From positions 1 through 13,678 of the forward strand of contig JADLCO010000136.1 in NCBI GenBank assembly GCA_020847115.1: 13,678 bases of DNA. The letters are read 5' to 3'. The notes under the pieces are model-generated. The model worked only from the letters and a program-made list of their open reading frames with translations. It was not told where the DNA came from and did not search any database. A program made the translations under genes and the position numbers. Positions 6,677-13,678 of the stretch are shown here, one piece after another; within the stretch, counting starts at the first letter, position 1; each line of letters starts with the position of its first letter. Origin of the DNA: Pseudomonadales bacterium. GTDB taxonomy: Bacteria; Pseudomonadota; Gammaproteobacteria; Pseudomonadales; Porticoccaceae.

Positions 6677-6742
6677 CCCGGGGCGCGCGGCGGTGGGGGT
6701 CGCGCGATCCGGCGGCACGGTCGCCGCTGCTGTTGAACGGGG

Positions 6743-6982
6743 CTATAGCGGGATGCCGAAATAGTCCTCCTCCGTGCCACCCCAGATCTGATGCAACGCC
6801 AGGGCATCGCGCCATTTCGCGAGCTCTTCCGTCTCCGCCGGGCGGTGGGAAATGGCGCCGCCCGGATTTTTGCCCAGCAAAAACGCCTTGCCGTTGCGAA
6901 TGAAGCGGCCGAGCGCCTTGGCGTCGGTGGGTCGCACCACGCAGCGCGGTGCGCCGTCGACCAGGATGGTGGTTGGCAACAT
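6743..6982 (-). CDS. Hypothetical small protein, 79 aa (last gene of the minus-strand operon)
   Basis: An internal ATG (6982) of ORF 6743..7072 is preceded by GGGGAGA (SD-like). The sequence is MLPTTILVDGAPRCVVRPTD...WGGTEEDYFGIPL. By my hand count 15 of 80 codons end in A/T, clearly more than in neighbouring genes. No family recognised. Confidence 0.55.
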   Translation of the reverse strand: MLPTTILVDGAPRCVVRPTDAKALGRFIRNGKAFLLGKNPGGAISHRPAETEELAKWRDALALHQIWGGTEEDYFGIPL

Positions 6983-7003
6983 GGCCCGATCTCCCCGAGA
7001 GAG

Positions 7004-7028
7004 GCTGAATCTTCCCGTAGCCGAATCT
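7004..7028. repeat. Imperfect direct repeat GCTGAATCT / GCCGAATCT with 16-nt period in the 61-nt spacer
   Basis: Read directly: 7004-7012 gctgaatct and 7020-7028 gccgaatct (8/9 identical), flanked by gagaga...tctct. It lies in the spacer between the Cys-rich gene stop (7044) and the ATG at 6982. Confidence 0.3.
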
Positions 7029-7043
7029 CTGCGCGCTTCGCTT

Positions 7044-7256
7044 TCAGCCCGCCGCCCGCATGGCGTGGGCACCGCACTTGCGGCAGGTGTCGAGCACGTC
7101 GAAGGCCTGCTCGGTGCAAGTGCCCTGGTTCTGCTTGCAGCCGCGCGCGCCGCACTCGCCGCACCGGTACAGGGTGCCGTTGCATTGCTGGCCGGCCTTG
7201 CGCGTGCCGGCGCACAGGGGCTGGTCGGACTTGAGCTGGTCGTAGGCGAGTGCCAT
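7044..7256 (-). CDS. Small cysteine-rich protein, 70 aa, 8 Cys, zinc-ribbon/rubredoxin-like knuckles
   Basis: This is the last 70 codons of ORF 7044..8036, starting MALAYDQLKSDQPLC.... Cys lie at positions 15, 25, 32, 35, 40, 47, 58 and 61, with two CxxCG knuckles (YRCGECG, DTCRKCG). Only 4 of 71 codons end in A/T by hand count, so it is strongly coding. An ACGGAG SD lies inside the end of the upstream gene, with a 5-nt gap to the DUF364 stop. Confidence 0.75.
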   Translation of the reverse strand: MALAYDQLKSDQPLCAGTRKAGQQCNGTLYRCGECGARGCKQNQGTCTEQAFDVLDTCRKCGAHAMRAAG

Positions 7257-7261
7257 GGGGT

Positions 7262-8044
7262 CTACTCCGTGGTGGGGGATGAACGGCCGCCGAGCGGCGC
7301 CAGCGCATAGCCCGCGCCGCCCTCGAACAGCCGCGTGCCGCCGCCCTCGGCGACGGTGCGGCGCAGCTGTTCCGGATCGGTGACCTGCACGCCGGCGAGG
7401 TAATCGATGCCGAACTCGGCGAGCTCCGCCAGCCAGGGCGTGCCGGGGCCCATCAGCACCGTGGTGGCGTTGCGGGCGAGCTCCGCCAGCCGCGGAAAGG
7501 TCTTGTTGGCAAGGCTGCTTGCGGTCAGGAACACCCAGTCGGCTTCGGGCAGCAGGTACTCGCAGGCCGGGTCCGGCAGGTCGCCTGCTCCCGGCTGGCG
7601 CTCCAGTACCACCAGATCCGCGCCGGCGGCCAGTGTCTCGAGGCCCGGGTAGCGGCCGATCACCACCACCCGCCGGCCGCCGAGCAGCGGCAGGAAATGC
7701 GCGAACACGGCGAGGTTGCCGGGCCCCGCGCCGACCAGCGGCCGGGCACGGGCGAGCAGGGGGTTGTCCGGGGTGTTGATCACGGCGTTGACGGCAGCGA
7801 GGCCCAGGCTCGCCGCGTGTGGGTCCCAGTCGCGCAGCCGGGCGGCGAGGTCCGCTAGCGGCTGGCCCACCAGCGTGCCCGGCCAGGGCAGGGTGCGCGG
7901 CGCGGCGGCCGGGGTCATGGCGAGGCCCGTGCCCCGGGGGCTGCGGCACAGCGTCCACACCAGCCCCATCACCACCTCTTCGGCAGGGTCGTCCGCGCCG
8001 GCGACGCGGTCCAGCAGCAGGTCGTAGACGGACCACGGGTTCAT
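7262..8044 (-). CDS. DUF4213/DUF364 protein (Rossmann-like 'putative heavy-metal chelation' family), 260 aa
   Basis: The N-terminal VVMGLVWTLCRSPRGTGLAMT is DUF4213-like. The C-terminal RVVVIGRYPG...LVVLERQP..GDLPDPACEYLLPEADWVFLTASSLANKT...VLMGPGTPW...GIDYLAGVQVTDPE...AEGGGTRLF matches my recollection of the PF04016 pattern. Confidence 0.85.
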   Translation of the reverse strand: MNPWSVYDLLLDRVAGADDPAEEVVMGLVWTLCRSPRGTGLAMTPAAAPRTLPWPGTLVGQPLADLAARLRDWDPHAASLGLAAVNAVINTPDNPLLARARPLVGAGPGNLAVFAHFLPLLGGRRVVVIGRYPGLETLAAGADLVVLERQPGAGDLPDPACEYLLPEADWVFLTASSLANKTFPRLAELARNATTVLMGPGTPWLAELAEFGIDYLAGVQVTDPEQLRRTVAEGGGTRLFEGGAGYALAPLGGRSSPTTE

Positions 8045-8071
8045 CGCGGCAGCGCGGCGCGCGGGCGATGT

Positions 8072-8872
8072 TCAGGCCGCATCGATCGCGCCCCGGTGCA
8101 GTGCCCGGATCACCTCGGCGCCGACCTGGTCATCCGGATCGAGTTCGGCGAGCTTGTCGAGCAGCGTCCGGCTCTGCTCGGGGTCGCCGCGGCGCAGGCG
8201 GATGAAGGCCAGGGCCTTGAGACTGAACAGGTAGAAGCGCGCTGGGCCCGCGGCCGGCGACCAGGGTGCGGCGGCGCGCGACAGCGCCCGCCAGTCCGCC
8301 GCGAACCCGCCCTGAGCCGCGGCCGCCGCCAGACCGTCGCGGGTGGCGGCTTCGGCCTCGGCCAGTCGATTGCGATGGAACAGGAACTTGTAGCGGGCGA
8401 AGTGGACCGCCAAGGCGCCGGGATCGGCGCGCGCCGCCTGCTCCAGGCGGCGTTCGGTGGCTCCCGCGTCGGTGGCCAGGCTCGCGGCCGCCTCGGTCAG
8501 GGCGGCGTCGGTGGCGGCGCGCAGTGCCGCGCCATCTGCCGGGCGTTTGGCCACCGCCGGCAGCGGCGGATGTTCGGTGCCGGGTGATGTCGGGAGCGGG
8601 AAGTGGTTGGCGATGATCGCCGGCAGATCGGCGGGCGTCACGCCGTTGTAGAGCACGCCCTCGGGATAGAGCAGCAGCGCCGGTCCCTGATTGCAGGGGC
8701 TCGGGCAGCCCTTGAATTCCACCGCTACGCTGGGCCACAGCCGGCGCCGGTCGATCTCATCGACGACCGCCTGCAGCAGCGTCAGCGCTGCCGCGTCACC
8801 GCCACTGCCGTGCGCATGCCCCGGCGGGCACTGCTGGGTACACACCAGGATGCGCGACTGGGCGGTGGCCAT
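8072..8872 (-). CDS. Thioredoxin-like [2Fe-2S] ferredoxin domain fused to an Ala-rich helical (TPR-like) C-terminal domain, 266 aa
   Basis: The start ATG 8872 is 5 nt downstream of the fixX stop. The rest of ORF 8072..9199 overlaps fixX and is not coding. The N-terminus is RILVCTQQCPPGH...VEFKGCPSPCNQGPALLLYPEGVLYNGV, with Cys at 11, 15, 56 and 60 (C-x3-C-x40-C-x3-C). This echoes the Cys11/14/24/56/60 layout of the Clostridium pasteurianum thioredoxin-like 2Fe-2S ferredoxin. The C-terminal about 170 aa are helical repeat-like (FYLFSLKALAFIRLRRGDPEQSRTLLDKLAELDPDDQVG). Confidence 0.7.
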   Translation of the reverse strand: MATAQSRILVCTQQCPPGHAHGSGGDAAALTLLQAVVDEIDRRRLWPSVAVEFKGCPSPCNQGPALLLYPEGVLYNGVTPADLPAIIANHFPLPTSPGTEHPPLPAVAKRPADGAALRAATDAALTEAAASLATDAGATERRLEQAARADPGALAVHFARYKFLFHRNRLAEAEAATRDGLAAAAAQGGFAADWRALSRAAAPWSPAAGPARFYLFSLKALAFIRLRRGDPEQSRTLLDKLAELDPDDQVGAEVIRALHRGAIDAA

Positions 8873-8877
8873 GGTGG

Positions 8878-9171
8878 TCAGCCGAACTTGAACAGGATGC
8901 CGAAGCCGCCGCGGGGATATTCCCAGTCGACGTTGCGGAATTCGGTGCAGATCACCCGGCAGGTGCCGCATTCCAGGCAGCCGTCGGTGATCAGCGTCAC
9001 CGCGCCGTTGCCCTCGGCGGTATAGCAGCCGGCGGGGCAACAAGTGGTGCATTGCTGCGCCTGGCATTGGCTGCGGCACACGTCCGGATCCCGGATCTGG
9101 ATGTGCGGCCGGCCGGCATCCACCTTGTAGCGGTTCTGAAACAGTTTTTCTTCGACATTCACGCGCATCAT
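8878..9171 (-). CDS. fixX: FixX ferredoxin-like protein, 97 aa
   Basis: MMRVNVEEKLFQNRYKVDAGRPHI...CPAGCY...GCLECGTCRVIC...WEYPRGGFGILFKFG is the typical FixX sequence. Its start overlaps the fixC stop (ATGA). Confidence 0.93.
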   Translation of the reverse strand: MMRVNVEEKLFQNRYKVDAGRPHIQIRDPDVCRSQCQAQQCTTCCPAGCYTAEGNGAVTLITDGCLECGTCRVICTEFRNVDWEYPRGGFGILFKFG

Positions 9172-10466
9172 TCGAACGCCCTCCACAGGCGGAACGCATC
9201 GCCCATCATGCCCAGCCAGCCGCGCCGCCCGGCGAAGGCGCGGCGCACCTCGCGCTCCTTGCTCTTCTTGTCGACACCGTCGACCTTGACCCACTGGTGT
9301 GCGGCCAGGGTGATCAGCTCGGGATAGAGCGTGAAGAAGTGCGGACTGCGGTGCAGCGCCGCCGGCAGCCGGCGGTATTTCTTCAAATCCTTCATCACGA
9401 AACTGTCGTCCAGCCGCTGCTTGTAGCCGGCCAGGTTGGCGGCGCTGAACGGCTGGCCCGCCGCGTGCAGATCGATGGCGGTCTCGGCGGCCAGTCGGCC
9501 CGAGGTCATGGCCAGGTTGGAGCCCTCGCGGTGCACCGCGTTGACCAGCCCGGCGGAGTCGCCGGCGATCATCCAGCCGTTGCCGTAGAGCTTCGGAATG
9601 GCGTCGTAGCCGCCCTCGGGAATCAGGTGGGCGACGTACTCCTTGACCTCGGCGCCTTCCAGCAGCGGGCGGATCGCCGGGTGTGCCTTCATCTCCTCGA
9701 GCATCACATAGGGCGGGATCTTCTGTGCGGCGAAGTCCGACAGCATGCAGCCGACGCCGATGGTCAGGCTCTCCTTGTTGGTGTAGAGAAAGCCCGTTCC
9801 TATCATGCCCTTGGTGATCTTGCCCACCATCTCGATGGCGACGCCCTCGTCGCCCTTCACGTTGAAGCGCGGCTCGATGATCTCGGGGGCGAGGAACAGG
9901 GTTTCCTTGACCGCGAGCGCCACGTCCTTGGGCTTGAGCTCGGGGTGGAAGCCGGCCTTGCGCGCCAGCGTGGAATTGACGCCGTCGGCCAGGATCACCA
10001 GATCGGCGTAGATGGCGCCACCCTCGCGGTCGGTCAGCACGCCGGCCACGCGGTCGCCGTCGAAGATCAGCTCGCGCACCGTGGTCTCGCAGATCACCAG
10101 GCCGCCGGCGTCCTGCACCTTCTTCGAGAACCACTTGTCGAACTGGGCGCGGACGATGGTGTAGCGGTTGTAGGGCGGGCGGTTGAAGGCTTCGGCGCGG
10201 TAGTTGCCGCCGACGTAGGCTTCGTCGTCGAGCAGCCAGCCGCGCTGTTCAATCAGGTAGCGCTCCAGCGGCGCGTCGTCGCGGAAGTCGGGAATGATGC
10301 GCTCCAGGGCGTCGGCGTAGAGGATCGCGCCCTGGACGTTCTTCGAACCCGGCGTTTCGCCGCGCTCGATCTGCAGCACCGACAGGCCGGCCTTGGCCAG
10401 GGTGTAGGCGGCGGCATTGCCGGCCGGTCCGGCGCCGACCACGATGGTGTCGAATTTCTCGTGCAT
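9168..10466 (-). CDS. fixC: FixC, ETF-quinone oxidoreductase-like flavoprotein, 432 aa
   Basis: An N-terminal FAD-binding motif (DTIVVGAGPAGNAAAYTLAKAGLSVLQIERG), the right length and its position between fixB and fixX. A GGGAGA SD lies upstream. Confidence 0.95.
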   Translation of the reverse strand: MHEKFDTIVVGAGPAGNAAAYTLAKAGLSVLQIERGETPGSKNVQGAILYADALERIIPDFRDDAPLERYLIEQRGWLLDDEAYVGGNYRAEAFNRPPYNRYTIVRAQFDKWFSKKVQDAGGLVICETTVRELIFDGDRVAGVLTDREGGAIYADLVILADGVNSTLARKAGFHPELKPKDVALAVKETLFLAPEIIEPRFNVKGDEGVAIEMVGKITKGMIGTGFLYTNKESLTIGVGCMLSDFAAQKIPPYVMLEEMKAHPAIRPLLEGAEVKEYVAHLIPEGGYDAIPKLYGNGWMIAGDSAGLVNAVHREGSNLAMTSGRLAAETAIDLHAAGQPFSAANLAGYKQRLDDSFVMKDLKKYRRLPAALHRSPHFFTLYPELITLAAHQWVKVDGVDKKSKEREVRRAFAGRRGWLGMMGDAFRLWRAFE

Positions 10467-10479
10467 GGCGTGTCTCCCG

Positions 10480-11568
10480 TCAACCGGCTTTGCGTGCCAC
10501 CGCCAGGTGTTGGCGGAAGGCTTCGGTCAAGGCCGGCAGAACCTGCAGGGCATTGCCCACGATGCCGTAGGTGGCGAAGTCGAAGATGGGCGCGTTGGGG
10601 TCGTTGTTGATGGCGATGATCACGTCGGCGCCCTCCATGCCCACCCGGTGCTGCACCGCGCCGGAGATGCCGGCGGCGATGTAGAGCTTGGGCCGCACCG
10701 TCTTGCCGGACTGGCCCACCTGGCGGTCGAGCTCCACCCAGCCGGCCTGCACCACCGGCCGCGAGGCGCCCACCTCGGCGCCGAGCACCCGCGCCAGATC
10801 CCAGACCAACTGGAAATTCTCGGGGCTTTTCAGGCCGCGGCCGCCGGAGACGATGATGTCGGCAAACGGCAGTTGCGGCCTGTCCTGGCGGTTGTCGGGG
10901 ATGTAGTCCAGCACCTTGGTGACGATGTCGGTTTCGATCAGGTGCAGGGGCTGCTCGATGATCGGCCCGCTGCGGCTCTCGTCGTAGCTGGCCATGGGCA
11001 TCACCCGCGGGCGCACCGTGGCCATCTGCGGCCGGTAGTTCAGGGTGAGGATGGTGCACAGCAGGCTGCCGCCGAAGGTGGGGCGGGAAGCCGCCAGACT
11101 GCGGTTCTCGGGGTCGATATTGAGCTCGGTGCAGTCGGCGGTGAGCCCGGTCTGCAGCGTGGTGGCCACCGAGCCCGCCAGGTCGCGGCCGAGCGTGGTC
11201 GCGCCGAGCAGCAGGATCTCCGGCTGATGGGCGTTGACCAGCTCGGTGAGGCCCTGGGTGAAGGGCTGGTTGCGGTAATCCGCGAGCACCGGGTCCTCCA
11301 TCAGGTAGCAGCGGTCAGCGCCGTAGCGGAAGGCCTCGTGACAGAAGCGCCGCGTGTCCTCGCCCGGCGCCCCCATCACCACCCCGGACAGGGGTACGCC
11401 GAGCTGGTCGGCGAGCTTGCGGCCCTCGCCCATCAGCTCCCAGGACACGCTGTGCGCCTGGCCGCGCTCGTGCTCCACGAACACCCACACGCCCTGATAG
11501 GCGGCGAGTCGCGGATCCAGCTCGACCTTGCGGCCGGCGCGCTTGGCGGGTGCTTTGGCTTCGGTCAT
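10480..11568 (-). CDS. fixB: FixB, electron-transfer flavoprotein alpha subunit, 362 aa
   Basis: The real start is ATG 11568 inside ORF 10480..12249 ([14 protein letters not shown]...), 2 nt after the fixA stop. An ETF-alpha C-terminal FAD domain is present (VSGGRGL...[11 protein letters not shown]...[25 protein letters not shown]). Confidence 0.95.
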   Translation of the reverse strand: MTEAKAPAKRAGRKVELDPRLAAYQGVWVFVEHERGQAHSVSWELMGEGRKLADQLGVPLSGVVMGAPGEDTRRFCHEAFRYGADRCYLMEDPVLADYRNQPFTQGLTELVNAHQPEILLLGATTLGRDLAGSVATTLQTGLTADCTELNIDPENRSLAASRPTFGGSLLCTILTLNYRPQMATVRPRVMPMASYDESRSGPIIEQPLHLIETDIVTKVLDYIPDNRQDRPQLPFADIIVSGGRGLKSPENFQLVWDLARVLGAEVGASRPVVQAGWVELDRQVGQSGKTVRPKLYIAAGISGAVQHRVGMEGADVIIAINNDPNAPIFDFATYGIVGNALQVLPALTEAFRQHLAVARKAG

Positions 11569-11570
11569 GG

Positions 11571-12425
11571 TCAGATGCTCCCGGTGGTGCCCGCGGAGAT
11601 GGCGCTCTCCAGGGCGGGGTGTTGCGTGAAGAGTTTGGCGATGAGGGTGACGGCGAGATCCTTGGGCGCGTTGCTCTCGCACTTGATTTGCTCGGCCTTG
11701 CTCGCCTTCGGCTGGGGGGCAAACACCTTGCTGACCACGGTCGGCGAGCCCTTGAGGCCGATCTTGGCGACATCCTCGATGCCGGCCGCGGCCTTGTCCC
11801 ACACCCGCACCGGGTGGCGCGCGGCGCGGAACATGCCGGCCTGGCTCGCAAAGCGCATCTCGTTGGTGCCTTCGAGCATGGTGATCAGACAGGGCAGGCG
11901 CGTCTGCAGCACCTGCACGCCGCCTTCGGCGCGGCGCTGGACGACGATTTCGCGCCGCTCGGTATCGACGCGGTCGACCTGGCTGACGTAGGTGAGCAAC
12001 TGCAGGTCGAGGCGTTTGGCGATGCCGGGGCCGACCTGGGCGGTGTCGCCGTCGATGGTCTGCTTGCCGCAGAACACCAGGTCCACCGCCATGTTGCGGC
12101 CGATCTGGCCGATCGCGCTGGCCAGCGCAAAGCTGGTGGCCAGCGTGTCGGAACCGGCGAAGGCGCGATCGGTGACCAGGATGGCGTCGTCGGCGCCAAA
12201 CGAGATCGCCTTGCGCAGCGCGGCCTCGGCGGGCGGCGGCCCCATGCACAGCACGGTGACCTGGGCGCCGTAGGTGTCCTTGAGGCGCAGCGCTTCTTCC
12301 AGGGCGAACAGATCGTAGGGATTGACCACTGCCGGCACACCCTGGCGCATGATGGTGTTGGTCACCGGATGGACGCGGATCTGCGAACTGTCCGGGACCT
12401 GCTTGATGCAGACGACGATGTGCAT
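11571..12425 (-). CDS. fixA: FixA, electron-transfer flavoprotein beta subunit, 284 aa
   Basis: [50 protein letters not shown] is the classic ETF-beta/FixA N-terminus. A GGAG SD follows directly after the nifW stop. Confidence 0.95.
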   Translation of the reverse strand: MHIVVCIKQVPDSSQIRVHPVTNTIMRQGVPAVVNPYDLFALEEALRLKDTYGAQVTVLCMGPPPAEAALRKAISFGADDAILVTDRAFAGSDTLATSFALASAIGQIGRNMAVDLVFCGKQTIDGDTAQVGPGIAKRLDLQLLTYVSQVDRVDTERREIVVQRRAEGGVQVLQTRLPCLITMLEGTNEMRFASQAGMFRAARHPVRVWDKAAAGIEDVAKIGLKGSPTVVSKVFAPQPKASKAEQIKCESNAPKDLAVTLIAKLFTQHPALESAISAGTTGSI

Positions 12426-12437
12426 GTAACTGACTCC

Positions 12438-12767
12438 TCAGTGCCGTTGTGAGGGAAGGCTGGCGCGCAGCCTGTCGAGGCTGACGCGCTGGCCATCGGC
12501 GTCCTGGAACACCTTGAACACCTTTTCCCGGGCCGCGGTGGAATGGACGAAATCCTCGTAGGCGCGGACCAGCAGCGCCTTGCAGGTCTGCCCTTGGTCC
12601 GGTTCATCCAGAGCCTCGAGCTCGGCGCGCGCCAGGTATTGGCTGAAGCGCTTGAGGATGTGCAGGCGGTGCACCTGCACCACCCCCGGCTCGTAGGGAA
12701 TCTGGAAAAACGCCAGGAATTCCTCGGCGGCGGAAAATTCCTGCAGGGTGCGCAGCAGCTCGGTCAT
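12438..12767 (-). CDS. nifW: NifW, nitrogenase-stabilising/protective protein, 109 aa
   Basis: [38 protein letters not shown] is the conserved NifW N-terminal block. The start overlaps the nifV stop (ATGA). Confidence 0.93.
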   Translation of the reverse strand: MTELLRTLQEFSAAEEFLAFFQIPYEPGVVQVHRLHILKRFSQYLARAELEALDEPDQGQTCKALLVRAYEDFVHSTAAREKVFKVFQDADGQRVSLDRLRASLPSQRH

Positions 12768-13678
12768 GGCCGTACCTCGGCAGTGCCGGGCGCGGCGGCG
12801 GTGTGGCGCAGTTCAGTGTGGTGCAGTTCGGCGTGGAAGCGGCGCAGCTCCTCGGCTTCCGGCGGACGCTTGGCGAGCTGGGCATGAGTGCGCACCCGCG
12901 CCAGCAGCCGCTCGGCCTGGACCCGGGTCAGGGTGATGCCCAGCTCGCGCTGATAGGCGGCGCGCACGGCGTGTGCGCCGGAGTGCTTGCCGAGCACCAG
13001 GCGATGGCCGCGGCCGACTTCGGCCGGATCGAAGCTCTGGTAGTTCGGCGCGTGCTTGAGCAGGCCGTCGACGTGGATGCCGGATTCGTGGGTGAACACG
13101 CCTTCGCCCACCACGCTCTTGTTGGCCGCCACCGGGCGCCCCGAAGCGGCGGCGACCAGGCGCGACAGGTCGGGCAAGCGGCGGGTATCGACGCCGGTGG
13201 CGATGCCGTGCAGGTGGCGCAGCGCCATCACCACCTCCTCGAGGGGCGCATTGCCGGCGCGCTCGCCCAAGCCGTTGACCGTGGTGTTGACATGGGTTGC
13301 GCCGGCCAGCACCGCCGCCAGTGTGTTCGCCGTGGCGAGGCCGAGATCGTCGTGGGCGTGCATCTCCAGTTCCAGATCGACATGCTGGCGCAGCCGGGCG
13401 ATGGCCGCGCGGGTGGCGAAGGGATCCAGCACCCCGAGCGTGTCGGCGTAGCGCAGGCGCCGCGCGCCGCTGGCCTGGGCCCGCTCGGCGAAGCGCAGCA
13501 GGAAATCGGCGTCGGCGCGCGAGGCATCCTCGGCGCCGACGCTCACCTCGCAGCCGCGGTCGCGCGCCGCGCGCACGTGGCGGTCGATGGCGGCGAGCAC
13601 GAAGGCGCGGTCGCGGCCCAGCTTGCGCGCGATCTGCAGGTCCGAGGCCGGGATCGCCAGGTGCACGCAGGTGGCGCC
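12764..13678 (-). CDS. nifV: NifV homocitrate synthase (N-terminus outside window)
   Basis: The frame remains open to the window edge ([13 protein letters not shown]...), so the GTG 'start' at 13666 in the ORF track is internal. [47 protein letters not shown] and [11 protein letters not shown] are homocitrate/isopropylmalate synthase family motifs. The nif context supports NifV. Confidence 0.92.
   Translation of the reverse strand, partial: GATCVHLAIPASDLQIARKLGRDRAFVLAAIDRHVRAARDRGCEVSVGAEDASRADADFLLRFAERAQASGARRLRYADTLGVLDPFATRAAIARLRQHVDLELEMHAHDDLGLATANTLAAVLAGATHVNTTVNGLGERAGNAPLEEVVMALRHLHGIATGVDTRRLPDLSRLVAAASGRPVAANKSVVGEGVFTHESGIHVDGLLKHAPNYQSFDPAEVGRGHRLVLGKHSGAHAVRAAYQRELGITLTRVQAERLLARVRTHAQLAKRPPEAEELRRFHAELHHTELRHTAAAPGTAEVRP

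Noticed and set aside
6684-6726. Two short GC stems in the convergent intergenic region (6684-6689 pairs with 6701-6706, and 6710-6714 pairs with 6722-6726) as possible bidirectional intrinsic terminators.
   Set aside because: The stems are only 5-6 bp with 7-11-nt loops and no flanking U/A tracts on either strand. They are indistinguishable from chance pairing in GC-rich DNA. Termination may be Rho-dependent.
1450-7256. The idea that the SagB-type dehydrogenase plus the Cys-rich 70-aa ORF form a TOMM/RiPP biosynthetic cluster.
   Set aside because: There is no YcaO or cyclodehydratase, no docking protein, and no protease or exporter in the window. The two genes are about 4 kb apart on opposite strands in different operons. 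The Cys-rich protein looks like a folded zinc-ribbon protein rather than a leader-core peptide.
7257-8036. The upper part of ORF 7044..8036 (330 aa), read as one long protein.
   Set aside because: It overlaps the well-supported DUF364 gene in a different frame and is Arg/Pro/Gly-rich shadow sequence. Only the last 70 codons, from ATG 7256, show a coding signal.
8089-8110. A minus-strand GGGCAC-N5-CCGGGG element upstream of the DUF364 gene as a sigma-54 promoter.
   Set aside because: The -24 half is good, but the -12 position reads GG rather than GC. It also lies inside the coding end of the upstream gene.
8873-9199. The N-terminal 109 aa of ORF 8072..9199 (MRSACGGRSNDARECRRK...).
   Set aside because: This part overlaps fixX in another frame and has no motifs. 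The ferredoxin-like domain begins at ATG 8872, just after the fixX stop.
9297-11991. Long plus-strand ORFs (9297..10610, 437 aa; 10417..11991, 524 aa) antisense to fixC/fixB. Similar shadow ORFs occur elsewhere (e.g. 4666..5979 -, 1057..2277 -, 3066..4247 -, 171..644 -).
   Set aside because: These are typical stop-codon-poor shadow frames of about 70% GC DNA. The translations are low-complexity Arg/Ala/Gly/Pro-rich, have no recognisable motifs, and lie opposite genes with unambiguous family signatures.
1-13678. A search for tRNA/rRNA genes, CRISPR repeats, IS/transposase/integrase genes, long terminal inverted repeats and defence-system genes.
   Set aside because: None was recognised by eye. 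All substantial coding capacity is accounted for by nif/fix and redox genes. I cannot exclude short repeats that need computational detection.

Overview
Very GC-rich DNA (about 70% by eye) of proteobacterial type, from a nitrogen-fixation (nif/fix) accessory region. Two tightly packed, convergent operons meet at 6677-6742. Plus strand: the 3' end of nif-specific ferredoxin III (fdxB), nifQ and a group II truncated haemoglobin. After the only sizeable gap (1323-1449) come a tandem SagB-type nitroreductase, a rhodanese, BolA, a CGFS monothiol glutaredoxin and a small Rieske protein. These are followed by a head-less CCA-adding-enzyme paralogue (degenerate HD motif, reading-frame break), a GST, a small hypothetical and ApaG. 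Minus strand: nifV (5' end off-window), nifW and fixABCX, then four non-canonical genes in the same orientation. These are a thioredoxin-like [2Fe-2S] ferredoxin fused to a helical domain, a DUF4213/DUF364 putative metal-chelation protein, a 70-aa 8-Cys zinc-ribbon-like protein and a 79-aa hypothetical. Many start/stop overlaps (ATGA, GTGA, TGATG) indicate translational coupling. I saw no rRNA, tRNA, CRISPR array, transposase or integrase. The most interesting candidates are the uncharacterised four-gene tail on fixABCX (6743-8872) and the degenerate CCA-enzyme paralogue inside a thiol/Fe-S redox gene string. All family calls come from reading the translations and recalled motifs. No database search was possible.
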